The notes under the pieces are model-generated. The model saw only the letters and a list, made by a program, of their open reading frames with translations. It did no database searches and had not been told where the DNA came from. Both the position numbers and the translations under genes were made by a program. A DNA stretch of 64,000 nucleotides from Lingula anatina (lineage: Eukaryota; Animalia; Brachiopoda): NCBI GenBank assembly GCA_051362555.1, contig CM120640.1, positions 46,726,788-46,790,787 on the forward strand, written 5' to 3'. Positions within the stretch are counted from its first letter, which is position 1. Every line of letters starts with the position of its first letter. Shown here piece by piece: positions 25,201-39,400 of the stretch.

Positions 25201-28200
25201 ATGTTTTCTCCATCTATTGCTTAATGTACATGTGTTTTTTTTTAGATAAGGAGTAAATGTAATCAGATGCACTGTGGCAACAAAATGCACCCTTTGTAAA
25301 AAGAAGAACTGCAATTCAGAACTCTACAAATAATACTGAAATTATATCTCAGGGATCCATTAAGCACTATAGTCTTCAACATCAGCTGCTGACCGCTGGG
25401 TGAATTTAGACAACGTAAATTGTTATATTGGACTGGTGCCTATTATATCTATGTAATGTTGCAGTGTTAGGTTTAGAAATTTCATTAAGAGCACATGGAA
25501 TTGGAGTGGAATACCTTTGGATCTGTGTTTAAATAAGTCGGTCTTTGTGATTGGACATGAAAATTGATAGATTGAATTGGTTATTTGGTGATTACTCATG
25601 ATCCTCATCTCCTAAAATATGCTGCTTCATGTGCCTGAATTGATAACTTAAGTAGTAACAGTTGACTGATAAATTCATATGCAGATAGCTCCAAGTCTCA
25701 CATCCTGAGAGCATGACTGCATGCATTGTTTTTTGGTGTTTCCAGGAAATGACTCCTAGAAATTCAAAAGTGTCCTTGCCTTTAGTTCTTTGTCTGATAA
25801 AAATAATGCATCGCATTTCCAGGGCTTCAAATTACATTAATATTCATAATCCTGAGAGATAAGTGTCTAATATATTCTTGTTTTTGAACACCATGTCTGG
25901 ACAACCCAACCCCAAATATGGATGAGCAATGCTCACCACCATATAATGGAAGTGTACCATTTCCTACTCATAGTCCAGGCCAATGCCTGGAGCAAAGGGC
26001 CCAGCAGATGGAATTATAATACATATTGAATTATTCTCATAAAAAGGTTTGCTAAAATGTATCTCTGTCAGGCTAGAGAAATAATGCTATTACTGCAGTT
26101 CATGCATGGGGGATTATCAATGGAATCCACAAACCATTTCCCAGACTTTTAAAGCCTGAGTCATTTTAGATTCTATGACCTGAGCTTTTTTTTCTTTAAA
26201 ACATAAAAATAAAAGAATCTGTTCTGTTAATATAAAGAAACTGTTGAAAACATGTAATAAAAAGAGTTCCTAAAATATTACTGCCACCATCTTTTTGTGT
26301 TGAAATAGAGTAACTAGTGCACTTTTGCACCTTGACATTCATGCATAGGAATAAACAATGGGACACTGTTGTAGTAGATAGGTACTCGGTATATAGAATT
26401 GTTATAGACACTGTGTATAATTTATATGCTGTTGGGTTTGAAAGTGGCAAAGGTTGAAATACAATATGTGTCTTTTATGCTGTTACAATAAATATATTAT
26501 TGAGGAATTTTCTCAACTTAAGGTGCTGAAGTGCATTTAGTTCATGTTTGTAGAGAATGAAGATATATGATTGAGTAAAGAAAAAGATAAGATCAGTCTT
26601 TGGAGCCAGGCTAAAAATTTATGTATATCAAATATTTATGTTTATATGCAGTACACATAGAAGGAGAGGGGGTTAAGATACCCCTGTGTCAAAACATTTC
26701 AACATTGTGTAAATAGATATATTCTTCATAATTTTCTGAGTGTTAAAACCCATAAAAAAAGAGAAAAAACTCAAAATATGTCCAATTTAACCATTTAAAG
26801 ATTCGGTTCCCCTGGTTGCTTGTTGTTTCAGGCATACTGCCCAGGTACACAATATTGCACTCACAGCTAGCTAATAAAGTTCACAGCTGTCACTCCAGCA
26901 CCACTGCACCCAACCTCATGCTTACAACTGTTCTACTTTAGGTGAAATGTGATAGTAATATACACCAGGTAATACACCCATTTGTTGTATGATGGGTCCA
27001 AGGGGTAACCCATTGAAGAGGGTATTTAGGAATTTTTAATGGTAAAACTTACAGTAATGTTTTGTGTGGGGATCAAATTTGAGTAGTAAGCACCCTTTGA
27101 GTAAATTATCAAAAGTTAGGCTGGGTAGCTGTGATTGATTATTTGATGATTTCATCCCAACATGAATAAACTAAAAGTAGGGATTAGATTGATAGAACTA
27201 TCTGAACTTTTGCATATAGACATGTTTGAAGACCCCCCACCCCCACCCCAATGCTTACTGTATATAACAATTTTAACTTTTCAACACCAAGTGGAAAAGT
27301 ACTAGGGAATTCAATCACAATTTGTTATTGATATAAGACAAGCTTATATATACTGTATGTATATAGAGAGAGAGTGAGAGAGAATTAGCGACCCAATTCC
27401 TGTTATTTTGGCATTTTATATTTTGAATTCCGCACCATGCCAAGTTAAAATGTGATGTTAATACTTTGCAGACTTAATTTGTATTTTTGTAACACCAGTA
27501 ACATGTGGACTTGTTCACCTCCATCAGTCAACTTGGAAGCAACTTCCATTGGTTAGATCTACATGCACATGCATGTTTTTAGTCATATCACATAGATCTG
27601 CATGTGTAATACATGTTACTTAATGTCATGCATACTGTCCAAATAAATTACCCAAAATTTCGACAGAGAAAGTTTCTTTTGTGAAATGTTTTCAGTAGGA
27701 ATGTTATTCTTCTCCACCTAGCATGCCTGCCAAATTGCATAAGTGAATACAATTTAAGTCCAATTTGCCCAAGTCCTGGCTCAACACTCATGTACTGGAT
27801 GATTTCTTAAAACATACATTTTGAAAAAAAAATTGCTTGTTGGGAAAGATGCTGGAAACTTTCACCTACTATAGCACTTGTTTGCTCTATGACAGGTAAT
27901 TTTGAGAATAATCAAGTTGTTATGACTGTTCAAGACTGAGATACTTTGACAGTTCATGGGAAGTGGAGTGACTGCACTTTTAAATTTGTGGAATCTCCTT
28001 CATGTCTCCAAATGTTGCATTGTTATATACAAGAAATGAAAGGCAAGCATGTGAGTATTTTTACTGATAAGTACAGAAACTAGAATAGTTTTAAAGGCGT
28101 TTATGCAGAATTATCTGACCTGATGATTAGAAAAAAAAGATAAGTGCAAATAAATGTATCAACAAGCTATTTGGATATGTCAATTTAAGATAACTCAACT

Positions 28201-31200
28201 TGTGAAAGAAAAGCAAAAAAGGAAACAATTATTTTTTATGGATACACATACTGGGAAACTGGCAAGGTAGAGTAAATTATTAAAATGTGCAAGAATGTTC
28301 CTCTGGTAAAATGAATGCAGCAGGAGATGAAGATCAAGGTGCCATGTGCATGTGTGGTGTTGTTGAGAGGATTGCGGCTTAAAGGGATGACAGCTCTTCA
28401 TTTTGGTGGGATTAGTGCCATAAAATGGATTTTCCTGGGTAAATGACAACTTTCCCATACTTTACAATGCTTAATTAGTCTATTTTTTTTAAGTGTGGTT
28501 TTTGTAATAATTTTTGGATGTTGCAATAATCTCTTAAGAAATTATTACGGAAGGTAGCCATCTATGAAGGTCCACATGGTCCGACGACAAGCACATATTT
28601 CAGAATTATTGCAAAAACCACCATTTTGTTGGCAAAATGGAATTAATTATATTTCTATGTGTTGTTTACAGTGTATTTATTGTGGAATTTTGAATCTCAT
28701 GTGAGTTGTTATCCCTTTAACCAACACTTTAATAGCTGCCTCAAACATATTGTGCAGACCTAGGTGTTTCCAGGGAGCAATTATCATATGGTTTTGTAGA
28801 AATATCTCCCAAAACTACAGAAATATCATCAACCAACTGCTGACATCTATGGCCATAATATAGGAAAGGGAATGGTGCTTACAATATAAAGAATTGCCAT
28901 TTTAACAAACACCAATAAATGTAACATGCTCTTAATTGGTACAGTGTATTAGATTTACTGTGAAATTGCAGTGGACCTTTCATCAGGTTATGCGATAATG
29001 CAAGTAGCCTTACATCCAGTTATAGGTTTTTGCATCAAAATTAATCAATGTCTAGACTTTGAGGGTAATGCTGATAAACATTCAGCTGCATTCTTCTTTG
29101 TCTGCTGGTTACTGTGAATGGCTTCAATGTAGTGTATCAGTTTGTTATTTTTAGTAGTGCAAATATAATTTATTGTTTTTGTCAGTACAACTTACCTTAT
29201 TACAGCAGTCTTTGACATTTTGTCAGTCTGTTTCTAGTTTAATGATACATTTTAAACAATGTGACAATATACTTGTGGTACCATATTGAACTTTGATATT
29301 CTGCTTTTATGACAAGTTGTACTCCTACCATTAAATAAATCTTATTTCCTGGTCCAATACAATGCTGATATTAATTGTTGCTACATAATTAAAGGGAAAT
29401 TAGCTATATCTGAGAGACACTGGAAAACTATGAATCCAGAAAGTGCCAAATATATTGAAGTATGCTGATACTACTACAGTGTAGAAGTATTGAGCTCAGG
29501 TGAGTAAAATTCCATTAATAAACTGACATCTGATGAAATATTCAGAGAGTAAACAGACTGTAAATCTTCAGGGAAAAACCAAGTCATTAAATATTAATTG
29601 CTACAGATGTCTTCCTTTGAAGTTGTAAGGTTATTTGATTACAATATGTCACGAAGGGTAGTATACAGTTGAATAGATGGGTTTTTTTAGAAAATATTGG
29701 TGGTTCTGTTTTTGTAGGTACATGTATTTCAAAATTGTTTAGTTTGTTTTGTGTTATTAAGGTTTTTAAGAGGTCACTGAGGAAGTCCAACTTATCAATT
29801 AATAGTTGCAGATGTGCCATTCTTTTATGATTTTTTAAAGTGGTGCATAATATATAGCATATTAAAGATATAATTTTTTAAGTTTTTTATGATTTGTACT
29901 AGTAGGTTCTAAAAAGAGGATACTCAATAATAGAACAGGTAATTTTTTTTTTTTGAATAAGTGATTAGTTTTTGTTTTGGAGGGGGGGAACAAAGACTTG
30001 ATACAGCAGAAACTGTGATAGCTAGTGAATTACAATGCCATGTCTACATTTATAAATTATCACCATAATGGATAATGGTGTTATTTGGAAGCTCTGATAT
30101 TAGCTGCAGAGTCATTGTAAAATTAGTGCTGCTGTTTTGAAACCCTTTTTCAATTCATGGATGTTGTTTATTGAAGTGACTTTGCTTTTTATGCCTTTAT
30201 ATGATTCACATTTATATCTAGTTATACCTACATCTAGTCACACAGCTGCTGGGCATCTTCTGGTATACGTAGGTCATTGCTGAGCTACTACTAGAATGTG
30301 CAGATGCCTTTTGCATACCCTCTAGTGCTTCCCTTTTTCCTGAAGTGACTTTCAACCAGTTCTGTATTGAGTGTGCACCTACATCTTTTTAAGATTTTAA
30401 AGAATGATGTCATAATCAAATATTAGGTCGATCTCCTTCCAAGTCAAAAATTCATGTTTTAAAATTTGACCACTTAAATTATCAGTGAAATTGAAATGGT
30501 TTACTAGTAGGTGGTGCAGTAGGCTGGACATGTTTCTTTTCATTGTCATATTCAATCCACATTTGATCAATACTCCTAGCAAGTGGGAACAAAGGGATAT
30601 CATATAATTGAACTAATGTAGCTTACTGTTATTAAACTACATTCTTGTTTGCTTTGCATTGTTTATATAATCATTAGCTACATGTATTAGGACTTTCATG
30701 CATACATATACACAAAATGAAATACTAGTAAGTCAAACGATCATAGGTCTTTACTTCAAGAGCAAAAAATATAGTCTGCTTTTATGCAGAATAAAACATA
30801 AATAGTTCTACTATTTTTTTCTTTTTTTTTTTTGTGAATGGAACCAGTTTCCTCATTTTTAGGAGATTTCAGATCAAGTTTACAGAAAACTCAGTCTTAC
30901 TGATGAAACATAATTTTGACCCTAAATTCTTGGTATACAGGTTTAGTTGACTTTTTTTACTGTATGACTTACATGTATATATAGTGACATTTGACACAAA
31001 GTTGGCAACCAATGTTCACCAACAATTAGTGTGAGGTATTATAATACTAAAATAACCATTGCTTTTAAGATTTTAAGGCCATATGAGGCCATGTTTATGC
31101 AGTCTGGAAATTGTCCTCAACCTCACCCATAATATTGAATGGACTACCAGGCACTGGGCTAAACAAAAGATTCATTTTGCATTGGACAATAGGGTCTGCC

Positions 31201-31793
31201 AGGCTGGTGCCCAGACCATGTCCTTTAAACTTCCTTATTTAACCTGTGTTTTAGAAAATACTTTTGCAATAGCTTTGAAATATATTTGGTCTTTTAAGCT
31301 CTTTAGATTAATTGTGGAAATTGAAATTAGGCACTAGTAGTACCAGTTGCCTTAATGGCTGGAGAGAGGGGTGAGACAGAGTATTTACTAGCCATTGCAA
31401 ACTTTTGCAAGAAAGTCAAGTAATGTATGATTTATATTTATGCGTGTGGTGCACATACATGTAGTTTAATACATTTTTAATTGAGAGAAGTCAGTTTTTA
31501 AACACTATATTGATGATAATGGATCTTCTGTAGGGGTGTTAATTAAAAATAAGAAGTTGATGACAATCCACAGACTGAAACTACTGGTTCCAGTCAAAGC
31601 TCTGGATTAAGATAATGATAATGAAAACACTTTGTTTGAATTTCAGTCGTATATATATTTCACGTTTAACTATTTTTAAATAGTTAAATAAAAATACGTA
31701 AAAGTAACTTCCCTGGAATCAACCTCCTAGGTTTTGTTTTGTTTAAAGACTCAAATTTGACTTTAATATTTTTCAGATGTGACAATGTGAGCA

Positions 31794-33363
31794 ATGCCAG
31801 AAGATGGTAATGGAGGAAAACACGCCCAAAACACAGTCAACAGCAGACCCAAAATAAACAACAGTAATAATCATCATGTGAATGCCAGCAGTATTAAAGC
31901 ATCATCTGGGTCTGGGGAACACCCAGCTTTCTCCTCCAGTTTTCAACGTAATCAGAATATCCTACAGCCATACCATGACATAGCTTCTAGTCTGTTTGGA
32001 GGAGGTGGAAATCATGACATCAATGAGGCCTTTCTTGCAGCTGTCAAGGTAAGTTTGTATTTGTGCATTGCTGTAGGTGAGAAGATGATTTATGTTTTTA
32101 GTTTTTAATTTCTTATAAAAATCTGCCAGTATTAGATGGATTTTAAAAATAATTAGGTAAGATGTGTTGATATGTTAAAATTCATATAGTCACTTGTTTT
32201 GTCCAACTTTTAAATTCACCTCAAGATTTGTAAAACGTCAAGACCAAGCAACATTCAGCCTATTAAGGAGGTAATTAGATGGAATGTTGATTTTGAGTTA
32301 AAAAATTGGCAGAAATGGGCAATGTAGCACTTTCTGTGCCAGGGCTATGTTAGATAAATAATTTTAATTTTATTTATTTAAATTTAATATGGCTTAAAAG
32401 CCAATCTCATATTCAAAATACTCATTCATATTAAAAAACTTAGAGTGCATTCCCAGATATTTAGATCAATCCAGATATTTAGATTTAGATCGACCTAACT
32501 CCCTGGGGGTTCACGCTAAATTGCAGTCAGCTGAGCGCGCACCATAGTTAATTACCCCCTTATACCTCTTTTAGTAGGTGGGACAGACGCTTAAGCTGGC
32601 TAAGCTGACAGTAATCTAGTGAGACTCCCCACAGGGATAGATCGATCTAAAATCTATGGGAATGGGGTCTTAGTCTCAAACTCAATCCTAGTTGTTCTTT
32701 CTCAAAAAGATGCACCATATTTACCTCCGTTGGCTTTTGCCAGTAGCTGTATACAAAGATAATAAAGTGCAAACTTTTGTACAACGTTAAGCAAACATTC
32801 ATATAATTTATAGCATATAATCTCTCCTCTGCACACAAAGATAAGGGTTTTTGCTTGCTACATTATCAGTAACATGTTTGATAAGTATACAGGGAGTTTA
32901 ATTTTAGTGTCATGGGCACAATAAGATCAAGTCAAATTTAGTACAATGTTGAATACTAAAGTTAGTAATTTTTATTAGGATTGTTTAATCATAATTTATT
33001 TTATAGAATTTTATCAGTTTTGAGGTTAACATCAAATTTCTTGACAATAAAGAAATTTAATATTTGTTACTAGTACATACAAAGATTTAAATATTTAAAG
33101 CAAGAAAATGTAGGGGCAGTTGTCATTTTTAAACAACATTATTGCATCTAGCCATTACTTAAGTCAACCAGGTATGATGCCATAAGTGAAAAGTCTAATT
33201 ATTGATTACTTTTTTCAAAATTATGAAATCCCAAATAATAACTGTTGCTGATAGGATACATTTAGTAGGACATTCTATTAGGGCTCCAGGGAGAAAATGC
33301 ATTAGGTGTGACAACAGAGTGCTTCATGCTCCAATATATTGTACAATAATAATTATTAAAATA

Positions 33364-33409
<46 letters not shown>

Positions 33410-36400
33410 TTCTTTGTGTTGGAAATTGGCAAATATCAGCAGTGGAATGGAAACCAAAATTGTTAAAAAGGCTGAATGACTTAACAGTAAGGCTTAATTA
33501 TAATGAAATGATGTACTACTAGTAAATATATTACCATGGAACTGTCATTTTGAATCATGCTATTATTGCCAATTTCTTATTGTGGTATCTTGGAACCATA
33601 AAACTTATGTACCATATGCATGAGTCTATGATACTTGCAGATTTAAATTGACTAAGAAACAAATTGGTGTAAACTGTGGTTATTAGGTTTAATAAGCATT
33701 TAACATTCACCTTTGCGTGTGTAATTGCCATATATGCATATACCTCATGGAAACTGACATCGACTTCGAGTTGGATATCTAATTGTGAAATGACTTGTCA
33801 TAAGTTCTCAGTAAACTGACTGGGTCTTTGCTTTGCCTCAAAGCAAATAAATTACCTATCCAGAGCTTTTTGGAACTTACTTTGCAAAACCAGTGCCATG
33901 CATAAAGGCAACATTCAAGTAGACTCTAAAACTTGTGGTCAGAGATTGCCTGATAGAAATTGCTCAAATATGACCAAAGTTAATCATACGTCAAAATAGA
34001 TATTAAGTAGTCTGCTGCCATTAGGATCAATTAGCTCAACCCTACAGCTGATCAACAATACAGGAAGAATGTAGCCTGTCTAAACCCTGATTGATTAAGT
34101 ATAATTTGGCACCTACTGAGCTTTGGCATATAATGACAATGGATAGTGAGACAAAGAGGGCAGCTTAAGAAGGTAATTTCGCCTCGAACAAAGACATGTC
34201 TGATGATGATGCAGGTGCAACATGGGGAAATATACAGCAGTTGTCGTACAAGCTTCCATGCAGAAGCAAGAGTAACAAACTTCAGGTCTACATGTAGCTG
34301 CCTGCCAGAAGGTGACTACTACAAAAAACAAGTGAGATGACTTTGAAATCATTGATATTGTATTGTGAAAATGTAAACGATGACAGGTCATTAACCAATT
34401 AAGAACCAGGCTGATGGATTTATTGTTTTTACAATAAAGGGAACAACAAGGTTACTCAAAAACAAATAAGGGTCATCAAGAAACCTGGGCTCATATAAAG
34501 TTTCTATGGAATTGTCAGTTTTTGCACTTTATGCATGCAGATTGACACATTACAAATTGCATGATGCAAAACATTTAGCATTCTTCTAAATTTGTCCAAG
34601 ATAGCTGTATTTGTTATCCATTGGAGACATTCATTATATTGCAGCAAAGAGGACACACCAGGGAAGCCTTGCCAATTTTAACTGTCCTCAAATGTCCACT
34701 TCTATATCATTGTGTGTACCAAAGAGAGGAGATCTGTGGTTAGTTCATCTGAGTCACAAACAGGAGTTTCAAGTAACTAGAGTTTCAAACACGGAGACTA
34801 CGGTATATCTACCACAAACATGATTTACAGAAAGGAAGCTAGAGCATGCTGTGATGGAAATGAACTCTGAAACTATCAATGGTTTACCTTATTTTTTTTT
34901 TTACAATAACCATGAGGACAACTGAAGAAATCGTGCTTTTATTGTCATCTGGGAAGATGTTTGCATTTGTAGGCAGAGACATGGTGTCATGCGGGACAAA
35001 GGTGTTGACAGTCTATCAGAGCACACAGAACAGGCAGAAGATATTAATTGTCAATTATCTGTACAATCATAATGATGACCATTACTGTCCACTTGAAATA
35101 AGTTGGATAAATTTCAATCAACTCAGTGTACCAGAGATGACCAGTGTGGCTGTATCATCCTTTAAACTTTAGGGCAGTTGACATTACGCAGAACATTTCT
35201 TTAGGAATTTAGAAAAGATGTGATGAAATCAGTTTGCAGTGCACGTTTTTACTGAATTGTCTGTGGGTTCAGCATGGCTATTCATTCATAAAATCTGTTG
35301 ACATTTCTACAAGATTCCTGTGGTTTTATGATCTGAACACATGCACAAAATGAAAACCTGCACACTAGCCTAGCAAAACCACTGATTATTAGATATGTCC
35401 CTTGCTTCCCAATTTACTGACTTTCACCTGGAGAGGAGGGTGAGAAGACCAGTTGTGGTTGACTTCACATTTAGTTGCTCTGTGACAGAGACAAACAGTG
35501 CTATTTATAACCAAATTAAAAAATAAAAAGAACCCTGAAAGGAAGAGAATTGTAGAGCATATAAAAGTGGGGATACTTTTCAGTATGTACTTCTACTCAG
35601 GGATTAGAGACTCATTTCTATTATATATATGAAGTCAACTGTGTTTTTTACTGATAAAAAAGTATGGACTAAAATTAGTGTCCAGTTGAAAGTAAATTTT
35701 AACTGTGTATGTGTCATACTGGGAAAAAGTGGATATTTAAACAATGAAGGACACTGGGGTTGAGTTAGGGGAGGATCTGCTACAAATTTCTAAGATACTG
35801 TGCAAGATCAGCCCCCAGGCTCTGGCACTGGCTATCAAAGTGGCTTGTCTGGTAAGTCTAATGAAGTACCCTGTATGTTGAAGAGCTTTTAAATTTGGAA
35901 TGAAGAGTGGGAATCTCAGTATAGCAATTTACTTGAGTATGTTCTCTACAAAAAGGAGAACCCACTACATGTATACCAATATTTACTGAGTAATAATTTT
36001 ATAAGTGCTGAAAATGCATTCTGAAAAAATTCTATCTCCCAGGAGATATAGAATGCTTCACATGTGTCCTGGGTAGCTACACGTAGACAATGGTAGAGAG
36101 GTATGGTTCTCAGTCTAAGCAAGATATAGATGTTATCTACCCCTATGGTACATGATCATTCTGTTAAAGTTAAAAGAGCAAAATTGTATTTTATATGCAG
36201 ACAGGTGTTTCATCAATAGCAACCACAAATACTTAATTGCAGCAGCTGGCATTGGTGATAGTTTAATAGGATTGAAGTACATCATATCTAACTAGTTGAA
36301 AAAGATTAATGGCATTAGATCATATTTATTTTACATATTTCTAATAAAACTAAAGTGGTTTTGTTAAAGTATGTCAGATATTGTATAGCATTTTGATACA

Positions 36401-39400
36401 TACACATATTTAGGTGTGGTTTGAATTTGATTAATTTAGAATTATGTAGGCTAATCAGTAAATTGTACAGTGGATATATAAATAAAAGAAATTGTTTCTG
36501 AAACCCCATAAAATTAAAGCAATGGACTAATATTTATATGAGCTCTGAAAAAGTGGAAATGTACAAAGAGGACCGTAAGACAATGATATTGATTTATCAT
36601 GAAAAATAAGGGCAAGATTTTGTCGGAAACCAGTTTAGTAATATTGATATCAACCATGACACAATTTTGAAATAAAAACAAAGATGCTATTATTAAATTG
36701 ATAAGTTCTGTTGCTTTAAGTAAATATTTTATTCTACTTTAGGATGGGGACTTTGATCGTGTACAGAATTTTATACAGAGGCGCAGCGAAAATCTGATAA
36801 ATGTTGATGTCAAAGACAGAAATACTGGGAACACACCTCTTATTTGGGCTGCAAAGAGGGGACATACAAAGGTAAGAATGAAGTGAATGGAAATGATTGA
36901 TGCATTATAAAGTTCCAAAGTAATTGCAGTAAATGTAGTACAGATGAGATGTTTCATTATTTAAAATTGAACTTTAAAACAACACACATTCGGGCTTAAG
37001 TCACCTTTATTCTTACACCTCTAATACTACTGTAAACTACTGAACAAAGGCACAAGATACAATAACTTCAAGAGGGGGAGAAAAGAAGAAAAAAAAAATA
37101 ATACAGGTAATACATTGCACTGTTCATGTAATCTTACGATGAGCTCCGATGGCTTGCTGCTGCCGCTGTGCAGTTTAAAGCTGTGAGTGACTGTTGGGCA
37201 GTTACACGTGACCAAATATCGAAACGAGGCAGCTGGTTTTGATTGGACTGGCCACTGGTCAGTTACACGTGACCACTGAATGTTAGAACAAAGAGGATGC
37301 GGGGATAAAGGTCCTAGGCAGCCCTCCTGTGTGAGTTTTAAATACCATTTAGTTTAAATGGGCACTTAAAACAACACACATTCGGGCTTAAGTCACCTTT
37401 ATTCCTACACCTCTAATACTACTGTAAACTACTGAACAAAGGCACAAGATACACGTAATACAATTAAAAGGCCCAGTGTCTTTGGCACGATAACTTCCCC
37501 AATCCATATTAGGTTTTTTTATTTATATTTTAATCAACATATAAAGTGTTCCATTTGTGCATTGTGTATATTTTAATTAAAAGCTTAAAAACAACCTTCA
37601 ATTTTTCCAGATATTTAAAAAAATTCTTGATAACATCTCTGTCTGTTGTCTGTTTATAAATGTGAAATCATGCCATGACTTTCAGATAGACACATAAATA
37701 ACACAATAAAATGTCAACTGTTGAATTTGGAACTGAGTCATGCTGACTAATAAGAACCACTGCTCATATCAGAGTACAATTTGAGGGTCTTCTTCTATAA
37801 CTTTTTTATCCAGCAAATTCCAGAAATATCAATTGTAATTTCTTCATATCAATCATATTCATATTATGTTATTCATTTGTAGCGCTTGTACATATATACT
37901 TACATGTTCTTTTACCTGTTTTTTCTGTCAATCAAATGGATATTAGACATAAACAGACTTAAAGGTAAATGGAAATAAGACCACAGGTGTTAAATCTGTG
38001 TTTTTTGTTTGACAGATGTCTTTGACATGTATGCACTTATGTTTTAGATTTTATCTTGATATTTTTACAGATTATCCAACTTCTTCTGAAAAATGGTGCA
38101 GATGTTACCCTACAAAACTTTGAAGGTCAGACGTCAGTTGAGGTGGCTTCATCATCCATCAAACAAATATTGCTAGATTCTGTAGAACATGGAACAACAC
38201 ACAGACATTTTCTACAAGCAGCTTGGCAAGGAAATATCAGTGTAGTTAGGAAGTTACTAGTAAGTAGTTTTGCCTACAAAAAAAAAGGATGTTATTGGAA
38301 ATTTTGTTTTAAGAAATGAATCAGTTTTGATCAAAGACAATCTTTACTGACACAATGGCATTTTTTATGGGAATTCAATTTCTAACTGAATAACAAGAAA
38401 TACCCTAGAAAGGTTTGTGGTTAAAAGAATTCAACACAAATGAGAAAACCTTACATAATATGATGTTCAGTGCACACTCCAAGGAAATGACATTGACTTA
38501 AACATCAACTGCAGCCAGGCTGGCAACATGATATTGATTGTTAAAAGAGGTGATAAACTTCATTACCTATTACCTAGCTGTTAGTCTTTATGTGACATTG
38601 GTGCACCATTGTGGAAAAGTGGTTTGAATATTCCTTTGTTCTTTTAGTTTTACTGCTAAATTTGTTTTATTTTATAGTAATTCTGTAAACCTTTTTGGAG
38701 TTTTATGGTGAAACAGATTAATTAAGATATATTGTGCATTTTTCACTGCAAAAATGATATTATAGACTCTTAGTTGAAAAGAGAGAGAGAGAGAGAGAGA
38801 GAGAGTAAATTCCAAATTTCTCAATTATTTTTTAAAAGTAAATGTCATTAACATGTGGAAGAAAGTTATTCCATGCATAATATTTAACTTTCAGCACCTA
38901 TATTAAGGATTATTCAGTGTTACAATTATTTTTAAAAATTCTAGGCTGAGGGCAGGATTCTGGATGTAAATTGCAAGAATGCAGATGGATTGACACCACT
39001 TCTTCTAGTCACAAGGAATGTGGATTTGTTTGAGAAATTAAATAAACAGCTGCATAAAGAATATAATCCCCTAGAGGTTGTAGCAGAACTTCTGACACAC
39101 AGTGGGTAAGGAGTTTGAAATGTAACCCATTGTATGCAAGTACACTACAAAATCTTGCTCTGGCTCTCTGTTTTATTTTTTCGCGCTTTTGTTTCTCTCT
39201 GCTTTCCATTCTCTGTAATAACATAATTTCATATATACTTCAGAAACATAAAGCTTAAAAATATAAGGCTATCAAAAATATACATCTTAAAGACTTTATA
39301 CTGCAAAATAAATCTGTCACACGGTGAACTGGCATCATAATATATACACTATAAATATTATTCAAGAATGACTTTAACCACAACACCTTTCAATTCCGAA

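Noticed and set aside
33202-33408. Poly-Tyr ORF
   Set aside because: Translation of the (TAT)n microsatellite.
34130-35172. Possible extra coding exons in intron 32049-36742
   Set aside because: The flanking exons already join in phase and complete an ankyrin repeat. The ORFs here lack homology and convincing splice pairs.
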